This document shows, in pieces, positions 1 to 9,843 of a stretch of DNA of 64,000 bases (within the stretch, counting starts at the first letter, position 1; every line of letters starts with the position of its first letter). The stretch is from Dehalococcoidia bacterium (lineage in GTDB: Bacteria > Chloroflexota > Dehalococcoidia > Plut-88900), in assembly GCA_965197645.1 (NCBI GenBank), contig OZ240219.1, positions 1 through 64,000 of the forward strand, read 5' to 3'. The notes under the pieces were generated by a model. It was not told the origin of the DNA, searched no databases, and saw only the letters and a list, made by a program, of their open reading frames with translations. Both the position numbers and the translations under genes were made by a program.

Positions 1-2
1 CC

Positions 3-194
3 CAGCTCGAAAAGCTGCGGAAGCGGCTCATCGAGATCGCCGCCGAGCAGGGCCTCGACGAGGACCAGGTGCGGACGGCCGTCACGGACCGGACGGGCAA
101 GAGCCTCGACGACCTGGACGGCACCGAGCTTGGCCCGCTGGTGGAGGCCGCCGCCAACAAGCTCCGGCAGATGCAGCAGGCCCAGGCCGCCTAG
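3..194 (+). CDS. C-terminal end of a hypothetical protein (possibly an ssDNA-annealing recombinase, from context only)
   Basis: Open frame from the window start: QLEKLRKRLIEIAAEQGLDEDQVR...QMQQAQAA*, with TAG at 192-194. Confidence 0.6.
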   Translation, partial: QLEKLRKRLIEIAAEQGLDEDQVRTAVTDRTGKSLDDLDGTELGPLVEAAANKLRQMQQAQAA

Positions 195-223
195 CCTGCC
201 GGTCGATTCGGGTTCGGAATCGA

Positions 224-259
224 GAGCGGGGCCGTCTCCTTCGGGGGGCTGTCCCGCTC
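224..259. repeat. Intergenic GC-rich hairpin, copy 1
   Basis: GAGCGGGGCCGTCTCC-TTCG-GGGGGCTGTCCCGCTC, followed by an AAGGAGG RBS. Confidence 0.65.
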
Positions 260-289
260 CTTCATTACAGGACAAGGAGGCAACGAGCC

Positions 290-796
290 ATGACAACGAC
301 TGAGACCTTGGTAAGCACACCCTGGGGCTGGACACACGACATCGAGGAGTTGGCCGAGGGTGTCTGGCGGGTCACTACGCCCAGCCACGGCGGGCTGAAG
401 CTCAGCCGCGAGCGGTGGGCCGAAATCCCGGACTGCGTGCGGGCCGCCATGTTCACGCCCACCTTCGCCGAGGAGGACTGCGAGGAGCCCATCGTCAGGA
501 CGCTCCTGGGAATCGGCGACGCCCGCGAGAGGGAGATGGCCCTGAAGGTCGCGGGCTACTTCGACCGCTACGCTCCGGCGCTCCCGCACCTCCGTGACTG
601 CCCGCCGGGCATCCACTACCACGCCGTCGTCTACCGGGGCGGCTTCGGGACGGACTCGTTCGGGCGGTTCGACACCCGCATCGAGGCCGAGTCCTTCGTG
701 GGCGACGCCGAGATGGTGCGGGCCTACGGGAAGCTGAAGGCCGTCGAGTGCAGCCGGACGCTCCCGCTCTGCCGTGCGGAAGGGGGCAGGCCATGA
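290..796 (+). CDS. DUF7007-like mobile-element protein
   Basis: TPWG...GVWRVTTPSHGG...EEDCE motif; RBS AAGGAGG. Confidence 0.6.
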   Translation: MTTTETLVSTPWGWTHDIEELAEGVWRVTTPSHGGLKLSRERWAEIPDCVRAAMFTPTFAEEDCEEPIVRTLLGIGDAREREMALKVAGYFDRYAPALPHLRDCPPGIHYHAVVYRGGFGTDSFGRFDTRIEAESFVGDAEMVRAYGKLKAVECSRTLPLCRAEGGRP

Positions 797-1209
797 CCGC
801 GACGACACGGCCCAGGCCCCGCAGCCTTCCCAGCACGACGACCAAGCTCCAGACGGAGATGGGGAACCTCTACGTAACCGTCTCGACGGACGAGGACGGA
901 GAGCCCTTCGAGGTGTTCGGCTGGCTGGGCAAGGGAGGCAGCTTCCAGCACGGCGTCACCGAGCTGGCCTGCCGGCTGATCTCCCTGCACCTGCGGAGAG
1001 GGACGCCGGTCGAGGAAATCATCGATCAGTGCCGGGGGATTCAGGAGATGCAGCCCTTCTTCAACACGATGCCCGACGGCAAGAGCGTTGCGGTGCTCGG
1101 ACTCGGCGACGGCATCGCCCACATCCTCAAGGCGCACCTGAAGGCCAGGGAGGAGAGAGAGGGGGAGACGGCGCAAGAGGCGGCGATTGAGATGAAAGCG
1201 GCCGCATGA
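793..1209 (+). CDS. Stand-alone TSCPD-domain protein (class II ribonucleotide reductase C-terminal-like)
   Basis: RPRSLPSTTTKLQTEMGNLYVTVS..PFEVF..GKGG..CRLISLHLRRG; ATGA overlap with the upstream stop. Confidence 0.75.
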   Translation: MTATTRPRPRSLPSTTTKLQTEMGNLYVTVSTDEDGEPFEVFGWLGKGGSFQHGVTELACRLISLHLRRGTPVEEIIDQCRGIQEMQPFFNTMPDGKSVAVLGLGDGIAHILKAHLKAREEREGETAQEAAIEMKAAA

Positions 1210-1229
1210 ACGGCCAGGACAACGGCATC

Positions 1230-1266
1230 GAGGCGGGGCTGTCTCCTTCACGGGCGGCCCCGCTTC
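1230..1266. repeat. Intergenic hairpin, copy 2
   Basis: GAGGCGGGGCTGTCT-CCTTCAC-GGGCGGCCCCGCTTC, upstream of an AAGGAGG RBS. Confidence 0.65.
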
Positions 1267-1292
1267 TCACTTATAGGAAGGAGGCGACGACG

Positions 1293-2396
1293 ATGGTAAC
1301 GACGACTACTGACAGGGCGGAGGTCTTCTCCCGCCCTGCGGCGCGGTTCGACGACGACGGCAACATGGAGGTGCGGGCCTCGTCAGCCCTGGGCTGCCGC
1401 CGCTCCCTCTGGTACGCCGCAACGGGATACGAGCCCACGAATCCCCCCAGCGACGACTCGCTGACGGCGATGGAGGCGGGCAACGCCCTGGAGCCGGTGG
1501 TGGTGCGGGCGATGGAGCGGGCTGGCTGGAAGGTGGACGCTCCCGACCCGCAGGACCCGAAGCAGGTGGCGGTCAGGGTAGGCCCCAACATGATCGTGAC
1601 CGGCCACCCCGACGGCACGGTGCGGATGCCGGTGGAACCGGGCGAAGCGCCCCCTCAACTCTTCCTATTCGAGGGAGAGCCGGATGCTCCTGTCTTCGGC
1701 GACCCGATGGTCGTCGAAATCAAGACGCGGGGACCGGATGCCTTCCGTCGCTGGCAGACGCTCGGGGCCGAGCGCAGCCACCCGGCGGCAGTGGCCCAAG
1801 CCGCCCTCTACTCCCTCGGCGAGTTCGGCGACCTGCGGGACGCCGTGATCGCCACGATGGACACGGGGGCTCGCACCTGGGACTGGGAGCGGATACCCGC
1901 CCACCGGCTGGAGCGGGCCTTGCAGTACGCCAGCGAGTGGCTCGGTGAGCTTGCCGCTCACCACGTCCGTAGCGGGCCTGACCCCGACACGCTGCCGGAG
2001 CGGGACTTCTCCGCGACCAGCTGGCAGTGCCGAAGCTGCCCCTTCCTGGCGGTCTGCCTGCCGGGAACGGCGGAAGCGAGCGAAGAGACGGAGAACGAGA
2101 CAGAGACAGAGGAGGTGACAGACGAAGCGGCACGGGACGCGGTGGCGGCCTACGCAGAGGCTCAGGAGTCCATCAAGGAGCCCGAGAAGGCCAAGCGCGC
2201 CGCGCTGGACACCCTGAAGGCGTGGATGCGCCGGCAGGGGGACTCCAAGGCGACGGTGGGGGGCCGGACGGTCACCCTCGTCAGCTCCACCAGGTACTCC
2301 GTGAACCACCGCAGGCTCAACGAAGCGCTCGACCCGGAGGTCCGGGCTGAGATCGTCACCGAGAGCGAGTCGGAGTACGTGCGGGTGAACACCTAG
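1293..2396 (+). CDS. Cas4/RecB/YqaJ-like PD-(D/E)XK exonuclease with Fe-S cysteines
   Basis: ASSALGCRR, GHPDG, VVEIKT, QAALY, CRSCPFLAVC; start placed after the AAGGAGG RBS. Confidence 0.75.
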   Translation: MVTTTTDRAEVFSRPAARFDDDGNMEVRASSALGCRRSLWYAATGYEPTNPPSDDSLTAMEAGNALEPVVVRAMERAGWKVDAPDPQDPKQVAVRVGPNMIVTGHPDGTVRMPVEPGEAPPQLFLFEGEPDAPVFGDPMVVEIKTRGPDAFRRWQTLGAERSHPAAVAQAALYSLGEFGDLRDAVIATMDTGARTWDWERIPAHRLERALQYASEWLGELAAHHVRSGPDPDTLPERDFSATSWQCRSCPFLAVCLPGTAEASEETENETETEEVTDEAARDAVAAYAEAQESIKEPEKAKRAALDTLKAWMRRQGDSKATVGGRTVTLVSSTRYSVNHRRLNEALDPEVRAEIVTESESEYVRVNT

Positions 2397-2422
2397 GCGC
2401 TTCCCCTGTTGGGAGCGCTGGA

Positions 2423-2463
2423 CGGGGCCGTCTTCCCTCTAATGGGGAGTCGGCCCCGCTCTC
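2423..2463. repeat. Intergenic hairpin, copy 3
   Basis: CGGGGCCG-TCTTCCC-TCTAAT-GGGGAGT-CGGCCCCG-CTCTC. Confidence 0.65.
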
Positions 2464-2514
2464 ATTCAACCGGGCGCGGCAACACCGCGCCACTACACAC
2501 ACAAGGAGAATCAC

Positions 2515-2889
2515 ATGTCACGCACCATCAACAAGGTAGAGCTCTTGGGCAGGGTCGGAACGGACCCGGAGATGCAGTACACCCCCGGCGGCACGGCCGT
2601 CACCAAGCTGCGGCTGGCGACCGACCGCTACCGGAAGGACGCCGAGAACGAGACGGATTGGCACAACATCGTGGTCTGGGGCGCCACTGCGGAGGCCGTG
2701 AACCAGTACGTCGGGACGGGCCAGCGCGTCTACGTCGCGGGCCGCCTCGTCCAGAACTCCTGGGAAGGCGACGACGGCCAGCGCCGCCACCGCACCGAGG
2801 TCCACGCCTCCGAGGTCGTGTTCCTCGACTCCTCCCGCAACGGGAACGGCGACGCCGGGCAGGCACCTGACGCCTCGCCCTTCGACTAG
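2515..2889 (+). CDS. ssb: Single-stranded DNA-binding protein
   Basis: INKVELLGRVGTDPE..TDWHNIVVWG..VYVAGRL, acidic C-terminal tail ending ASPFD. Confidence 0.95.
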   Translation: MSRTINKVELLGRVGTDPEMQYTPGGTAVTKLRLATDRYRKDAENETDWHNIVVWGATAEAVNQYVGTGQRVYVAGRLVQNSWEGDDGQRRHRTEVHASEVVFLDSSRNGNGDAGQAPDASPFD

Positions 2890-2933
2890 CCCGCTCCACA
2901 ACCGCATAGCGACGCCTTCTCGAAGGCGCGTCA

Positions 2934-2971
2934 CGGGGCCGCTTCCATCTACAGGGGGCGGCCCCGCTCTT
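2934..2971. repeat. Intergenic hairpin, copy 4
   Basis: CGGGGCCGCTTCC-ATCTACA-GGGGGCGGCCCCG-CTCTT. Confidence 0.65.
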
Positions 2972-2999
2972 GTTCTAACCGATACGCAAGGAGGCCGAC

Positions 3000-3506
3000 A
3001 TGACCAGGAAGAAGACCTACACCAAGGACGCTGTTCTGCTGAACGCGCTCCGCATCAACCTGAGCCTGCTGGGGGAGCTGGCGGTCCGCTACGACGTGGA
3101 GACCAGGCCGGAAGGCCCGGAGGACCCGCCCTCCATCAACTGCCCCGACGACGTGCGGAAGCTGCTGGGGCCGGAGATGTCCGGCCTGGCCCAGGAGCAG
3201 CTCCGGGTGCTGCTGCTCAACACCAGGAACCAGGTGGTGGGCCAGCGGATCATCTACCAGGGCAACGTGTCCTCGGCCATCGTGAGGAACGCCGAGGTCT
3301 TCCGCCCGGCGGTCATCGAGGCCGTCCCCAGCATCATCGTCAGCCACAACCACCCCAGCCAGGACCCGACGCCCAGCCCCGAGGACGCGGCCCTCACCCG
3401 TGAGCTGGTCCAGGCGGGCAAGCTGCTGGACATCGAACTGCTGGACCACGTGGTCATCGGCGGCGAGCGGTTCGTCAGCCTCAAGGAACGGGGCCTCATG
3501 TCCTGA
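3000..3506 (+). CDS. radC: RadC-like JAB domain protein
   Basis: QEQLRVLLLN, HNHPSQDPTPSPED, LLDHVVIG. Confidence 0.9.
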   Translation: MTRKKTYTKDAVLLNALRINLSLLGELAVRYDVETRPEGPEDPPSINCPDDVRKLLGPEMSGLAQEQLRVLLLNTRNQVVGQRIIYQGNVSSAIVRNAEVFRPAVIEAVPSIIVSHNHPSQDPTPSPEDAALTRELVQAGKLLDIELLDHVVIGGERFVSLKERGLMS

Positions 3507-3586
3507 CGGTCCACGCCGTCCGGCTCTCACGCGGGGGACATGCTCCCCAGCGCTTCGCTCTCAACCCACACGCAAGGAGGTCGCAA

Positions 3587-4213
3587 ATGCTCGCGACTCA
3601 CACCATAGACCCCGAAGACCTGTTCACGATAAGCGCGGGCGGCTTCAACGCCACCGCCGACGCCTTCGCCCGCGACGACCGGACGGACGGCCTCTGGTTC
3701 GTCTCGATGGTCGGCTCCCAGACGGCGCTCAAGGCGATCTGGGCGTCGCTCCTCAAGCAGCCCCCGGACGTTGCCCACATCATCCGGGGCGCCGACGGCA
3801 TGGCGCTCCACGGTGGCTACGAGCGGTGCATCATCCCGTACGAGACCATAGGAACGTGGACGACCAAGATCGCCCGTCTGCCGGCGACCGGGGGCTGGCA
3901 CGCACTCGTCTACACCAAGACCGCGGAGTACGGCTACGAGAAGGACTCCTTCCTGCTGCTGGCGCAGTCGGAGGAGGAAGCCCCGGCGCTGCACCACCGA
4001 TTCCTCGACAAGCGCAGCCCGCTGCCCCTTCACGGCTCCTGGGCCGGTTGGCTCTGGCAGCGGGGCATCGAACAGGAGGAGATAGTCCCCCTGCAATCGG
4101 TGGGCGTCTCCGCCTACCGGTGCTCTCCCAAGGCCAAGAAGCTGCGGGACGACCTGTCCGACGCCGTTGCGTCGGGCAGGCTGACGCTGTCCAGGGAGGC
4201 GTCCGATGGATAG
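3587..4213 (+). CDS. Hypothetical mobile-element protein
   Basis: 208 aa ORF with AAGGAGG RBS and typical codon usage; lies upstream of the methyltransferase. Confidence 0.7.
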   Translation: MLATHTIDPEDLFTISAGGFNATADAFARDDRTDGLWFVSMVGSQTALKAIWASLLKQPPDVAHIIRGADGMALHGGYERCIIPYETIGTWTTKIARLPATGGWHALVYTKTAEYGYEKDSFLLLAQSEEEAPALHHRFLDKRSPLPLHGSWAGWLWQRGIEQEEIVPLQSVGVSAYRCSPKAKKLRDDLSDAVASGRLTLSREASDG

Positions 4214-4613
4214 GACGCTGAAGCGGGCCAAGCGCAACAACAAGCGGCGCGGACAGCGCAACCACGGGGCCTGGCAGCGGTTCTCCCCCGACGGGACGAC
4301 CTGCCGCTACTGCGCGCACGACGGCTCGCAGCACCTCTGCCGGTCGGGGCAGCCCCATTTCTTCCGGCCCGCGACGGAGGCGGAGCGGCGGGACCCCTCG
4401 GTCCAGCTCTACCGCCACACACTGCCGGACGGCGGCTCGCTGCTGGTGCGGCGGATGACCGTCGCTGCCCACGCCGAGCTCATCACCGCCTTCTGCACCG
4501 CCTGTGCCGAAGCCATGAAGACTCCACAGGTGCTCTGTTACCAGCGCAACGTGGGCGTCGGAGAGGTGGTCGGCATCGACACTCGCCACAAGGACCTGGC
4601 AATCGCCGCCTGA
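4206..4613 (+). CDS. Hypothetical Cys/His-rich protein
   Basis: CRYCAH..HLC and CTAC motifs; overlaps the upstream stop. Confidence 0.6.
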   Translation: MDRTLKRAKRNNKRRGQRNHGAWQRFSPDGTTCRYCAHDGSQHLCRSGQPHFFRPATEAERRDPSVQLYRHTLPDGGSLLVRRMTVAAHAELITAFCTACAEAMKTPQVLCYQRNVGVGEVVGIDTRHKDLAIAA

Positions 4614-4650
4614 CGCGGCGCACGACACCAGACACGAAAGGAGACACGAC

Positions 4651-5700
4651 ATGAGACTAGCTGCACAGGCGAAGGGCGGCTACTACCCCACTCCCGAGCG
4701 GGTGGTGGACCTGATCGCCGACCTGATTCACACCCCCTCCGGCTACTACTACCGGGAGCGGGAATCCCTGCGCATCCTCGACCCCTGCTGCGGGGCCGGG
4801 GACGCCCTTGAGCGGCTGGCCGAGGGCCTCAGCCGGCCCAACGCCCTGTCCATGGAGACCTACGGCATCGAGCTGCACCGGGACCGGGCGGAGGAGGCCG
4901 AGGCGCGGCTCGACCACGTACTGGCCGCAGACCTGTTCGCCACCTCCATAGCGAACGGGGCCTTCGGCCTGCTGTACCTGAACCCGCCCTACGACTACGA
5001 CTCGGAGGACAAGCGGACGGAACACGCCTTCCTGACGCAGACCACGCGCTACCTGGCCGAGGACGGCCTGCTGGTCTTCATCGTTCCCCGCCAGCGCCTC
5101 GCGGTCTCGGCCCGGTACCTCTCCACCCACTACGGGCGAATACAGTGCTGGGCCTTTCCCGACCCGGAGCGCCAGGTCTTCGACCAGGTGGTGCTGTTCG
5201 GCTTCCGGAAGGCCGACCCCGTTCCCGACGCCCTCGCCGAGAGCATGGTTCTGGAGTGGGCGGTGGGGGAGCCGGAGCCCCTGCGCTCCCAGCGACACTC
5301 CTACTCCTACGCGGAGTACACCCCCGCCACGACGCCGAGCGGTGACGTCCTGTTCACCACCCGCACCGTCGATCCGGTCGCGGCGGCGGCTGAGGCTCGC
5401 CGTTCCGGGCTCTGGGCCAGCACGGAGATAACCGACTCCCTGTGGCCCGCGAAGGACAGCCGCACCCGGCCGCTCATGCCCCTCAGACGGGGGCACATGG
5501 CGATGCTGGTGGCGGCGGGCTTCCTCGACAACCTGGTGCTCGAAGCCGACGACAGGCGCATCCTGGTCAAGGGCCGCACCTCGAAGGACATGGTGCTGGT
5601 CGAGGACGCCCCGGAGAAGGAGGTCCACCGCGAGAAGCTGACGACGACCGTGGTGGCCCTCGACCTTGACGACGGACGGATCGAGGACATCGCCGCCTAG
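4651..5700 (+). CDS. DUF6094-type class I SAM-dependent DNA methyltransferase
   Basis: GYYPTP, ILDPCCGAG (motif I), LYLNPPY (motif IV). Confidence 0.85.
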   Translation: MRLAAQAKGGYYPTPERVVDLIADLIHTPSGYYYRERESLRILDPCCGAGDALERLAEGLSRPNALSMETYGIELHRDRAEEAEARLDHVLAADLFATSIANGAFGLLYLNPPYDYDSEDKRTEHAFLTQTTRYLAEDGLLVFIVPRQRLAVSARYLSTHYGRIQCWAFPDPERQVFDQVVLFGFRKADPVPDALAESMVLEWAVGEPEPLRSQRHSYSYAEYTPATTPSGDVLFTTRTVDPVAAAAEARRSGLWASTEITDSLWPAKDSRTRPLMPLRRGHMAMLVAAGFLDNLVLEADDRRILVKGRTSKDMVLVEDAPEKEVHREKLTTTVVALDLDDGRIEDIAA

Positions 5701-5820
5701 CTCGGACGGCTCATCCTGAGCCGCGCAACGAGGCCCCGTTGGTCCATTCGACCTGCGGGGCCTTCGCTCTATCGGAACGACTCAGAAGACCCCTCTTACC
5801 AAGGAAAGGAAGGTCGAACG

Positions 5821-6030
5821 ATGCAGACAACCATGACCCTCGAAGCCTGCTGCCGGTGCGGGCAGCCCATCGCCCCCGGCGAACCGGCCATGCAGACCGC
5901 CTCGGTGGACATCGACGACTACGGGAGGGCCGTGTCCTCGCCGGTGAAGGCATACCACCTGACGGGACGCTGCTACGACGACGCAAAAGCTGCCGAGACC
6001 GCCCGCAGGGAGACCCTGAAAGCCGCATAG
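5821..6030 (+). CDS. Small putative zinc-binding protein
   Basis: CCRCG...YHLTGRC; RBS-like GGAAGG upstream. Confidence 0.55.
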   Translation: MQTTMTLEACCRCGQPIAPGEPAMQTASVDIDDYGRAVSSPVKAYHLTGRCYDDAKAAETARRETLKAA

Positions 6031-6209
6031 ATGGCTCGCACCGAGCCGCACTCACGAGGCCCGCCGACTGCGCGGGTTCGCACGTTCAAGCAACCGCCTG
6101 GGGACGTTTCCGGGGACCCGCGACACGCAAACGTCCCCACCGGGGGCGTGGTGCGTCTAGGGTCCCGGCGTCGTCCTCCGGCCCACCACGGAATAGGAGG
6201 ACGACTCAC

Positions 6210-6542
6210 ATGAACCTCGGAGGTTTCATAGACACGTTCAAGGACGCGATAGCCAAGAGGGTGGTCGAGTCCTACCCGCCGCTCTACCGCCCCTCGGAGA
6301 ACGGCGGCACGCTCCCCAGGCTGCTTCGAAAGCCCCTGGGAGCGCAGGCCGACGCCATCAGGGGCGCGGCCCTCTCCCTGAAGGCCCACCGGGGCACGAC
6401 GGTAGTCGGGGAGATGGGAACCGGCAAGACCTTCATCGGCGCGGCGGCGGCATACATGGCAGGCTTCGAGAGGATTCTCATCATCTGCCCGCCCCACCTG
6501 GTCCCCAAGTGGAAGCGGGAGGTGGAGATGACGGTGCCCGGA
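6210..6542 (+). pseudogene. N-terminal fragment of an SNF2/DEAD-like helicase, fused in frame to the downstream GT2
   Basis: Walker A VGEMGTGKT and ICPPHLVPKWKRE, after which helicase similarity stops abruptly; AGGAGG RBS. Confidence 0.75.
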
Positions 6543-7244
6543 GTGAACGAACCTGCGGAAGACACCAAGCCCCTGGCAGTGATCATTCCCGCCCATAACG
6601 AAGCGGAAAGCCTCCCCGACACCCTCGCCCGCATTCCGCGGCAACAAATCTCCAATCTGCAGGTCATAGTGGTCGATGACGGCTCAACCGACGGTACGGG
6701 CGACATTGCACGGAGGCAGGGGGCAGATCTAGTCATCACCCACGAAAAGAACCGCGGCCTGGGCGCCGCCCTCAGGACCGGCCTGGAGGCGGCCAGGGAC
6801 ATGGACGCTAGAGCCGCCGTCTATATAGACGCCGACGGAGAGTACCCGCCTTCTCAGATACCGTACTTGTTGGGCCCCATCCAGGCTGAAGAGGCGGACT
6901 ACGTACTTGGGTCGCGCTATATGGGAGGCATCAAGGGCCAGGGTCGGTTCCGAAGGCTTGGCAACTTGTTCTTCACCTCACTTCTTTCCTTTGCGGCAGG
7001 ACGCCGGATGACCGACGGGCAGACGGGATTTCGCGCCTTTTCCCGCCGGGCCCTGGGTTGTGCAGAGATCATCCACGACTACAACTACGCCCAGGTCCTG
7101 ACCTTGGACCTCCTAAAGAAGGGGATGAGGATGAAGGAGGTCTCCATTTCATACCGCCCGAGGACCAAGGGCAAGTCTTTCATCAACCTCAACTACCTCT
7201 GGCGGGTGCCCCTAGGCATGTTCAGGCAATTGATTGCAACGTGA
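6543..7244 (+). CDS. Glycosyltransferase family 2 (Dol-P-Man synthase-like)
   Basis: VIIPAHNE, VVDDGSTD, NRGLGAA, IDADGEY, TDGQTGFRA. Confidence 0.85.
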   Translation: MNEPAEDTKPLAVIIPAHNEAESLPDTLARIPRQQISNLQVIVVDDGSTDGTGDIARRQGADLVITHEKNRGLGAALRTGLEAARDMDARAAVYIDADGEYPPSQIPYLLGPIQAEEADYVLGSRYMGGIKGQGRFRRLGNLFFTSLLSFAAGRRMTDGQTGFRAFSRRALGCAEIIHDYNYAQVLTLDLLKKGMRMKEVSISYRPRTKGKSFINLNYLWRVPLGMFRQLIAT

Positions 7245-8669
<1,425 letters not shown>

Positions 8670-8746
8670 TAAACTCCATTGACAACTGGAAAGCCGAACT
8701 CGATGTTGCCTCGCATGTCGATCTACACCAATGCCAGGGGTAAACG

Positions 8747-9781
8747 ATGAAAGAAAAGCTTAGACGTAACCCGCTTGCGAAAATGCTGATTGCCGCCATC
8801 CTAGTGGTGGCGGCAATCAGCGCCTCCCTCGCCTGCGGGGACGGTGACGACACCCTCACCATCTATTCCGGGCGGTCTCCAGACCTGGTGCATCCGCTGC
8901 TGGAAGAGTTCACCGAGCAAAGCGGTTTGAACGTGCGCGTCAAGTACGCCGGCAGCTCCGCTATCGCCGCGACGATACTGGAGGAGGGCGAGAACACACC
9001 TGCAGATGTGGTGTTCATGCAAGACCCCGGCTCCCTGGGTGTTCTCGCCGATGCCGGGATGCTCGTCGAGCTCCCCGAGGACCTCCTCGACAGAGTGGAC
9101 TCGAACTTCCGGTCGCCCGATGGATTGTGGATAGGGACCTCAGGCCGGGCGCGGACCATCGTCTACAACACCGCGGCTATCGATCCCGACGTTGACCTTC
9201 CCGCATCCATCAGAGACTTCACTAAACCTGAATGGCGGGGCCGGATCGGCTGGGCGCCCCGGAATGCATCTTTCCAGACCTTCGTCACAGCGTTCCGGGT
9301 GAAGTGGGGAGAGGAGGCCGCCCGGGAATGGCTCGAGGGCATCAAGGCAAACGACCCCCGCTACTATCCCAACAACATCACCACCGTAGCCGGAACGGCC
9401 AGGGGCGAGGTGGACGTGGGTTTTGTGAACCACTACTATCTGCAGAGGTTCCTGGAGGAGGAGGGTCCGGGCTTCCAGGCTCGCAACCACTTCCTCGGTG
9501 ACGGAGACCCGGGCAGCCTGATCCTGGTGGCCGGCGCGGGGATCATGGAAGAGTCCGGCAACAAAGAGGGCGCGGAACTGTTCATCGACTTCCTGCTCTC
9601 CGACATAGCCCAGAACTACTTTTCGGAGAGCACCAAGGAGTACCCGCTGGCTGCCGGGGTTCCTCCCGATGCCGGGCTTCCTCCCCTCGAGTCCCTGGAC
9701 CCGGTCCAGATCGACCTAGGGTCCCTTAGCGACCTGCAGGGCACGTTGGAGCTGCTTCGGGAGGTGGGCGTCATCCCGTGA
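8747..9781 (+). CDS. Fe(III) ABC transporter substrate-binding lipoprotein (FutA/AfuA family)
   Basis: LTIYSGR, EEGENTPADV, GRARTIVYN, VNHYY, EYPL. Confidence 0.9.
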   Translation: MKEKLRRNPLAKMLIAAILVVAAISASLACGDGDDTLTIYSGRSPDLVHPLLEEFTEQSGLNVRVKYAGSSAIAATILEEGENTPADVVFMQDPGSLGVLADAGMLVELPEDLLDRVDSNFRSPDGLWIGTSGRARTIVYNTAAIDPDVDLPASIRDFTKPEWRGRIGWAPRNASFQTFVTAFRVKWGEEAAREWLEGIKANDPRYYPNNITTVAGTARGEVDVGFVNHYYLQRFLEEEGPGFQARNHFLGDGDPGSLILVAGAGIMEESGNKEGAELFIDFLLSDIAQNYFSESTKEYPLAAGVPPDAGLPPLESLDPVQIDLGSLSDLQGTLELLREVGVIP

Positions 9782-9843
9782 CCCGTACAGAAGGCTTCAT
9801 TCGCCGGCGAGGGCTGCCGCGCTGAGCGGCAGCCCTCTTCTTC

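Larger units (their letters stand above)
1..6540 (+). mobile_element. Segment of an ICE/prophage-like element, truncated on the right at about 6540
   Basis: Co-oriented ssb, radC/JAB, Cas4-like nuclease, methyltransferase and helicase N-terminus with strong AAGGAG(G) RBSs. Visibly more GC-rich than the downstream DNA. No integrase in the window. Confidence 0.75.

Noticed and set aside
1293-2396. Cas4-like gene as evidence of a CRISPR-Cas locus
   Set aside because: There are no other cas genes and no repeat-spacer array; the hairpins are separated by whole genes and are not identical.
5739-6209. N-terminal 157 aa of the 501-aa ORF
   Set aside because: This is a shadow extension overlapping the small ORF 5821-6030; the RBS and ATG at 6210 fit better.
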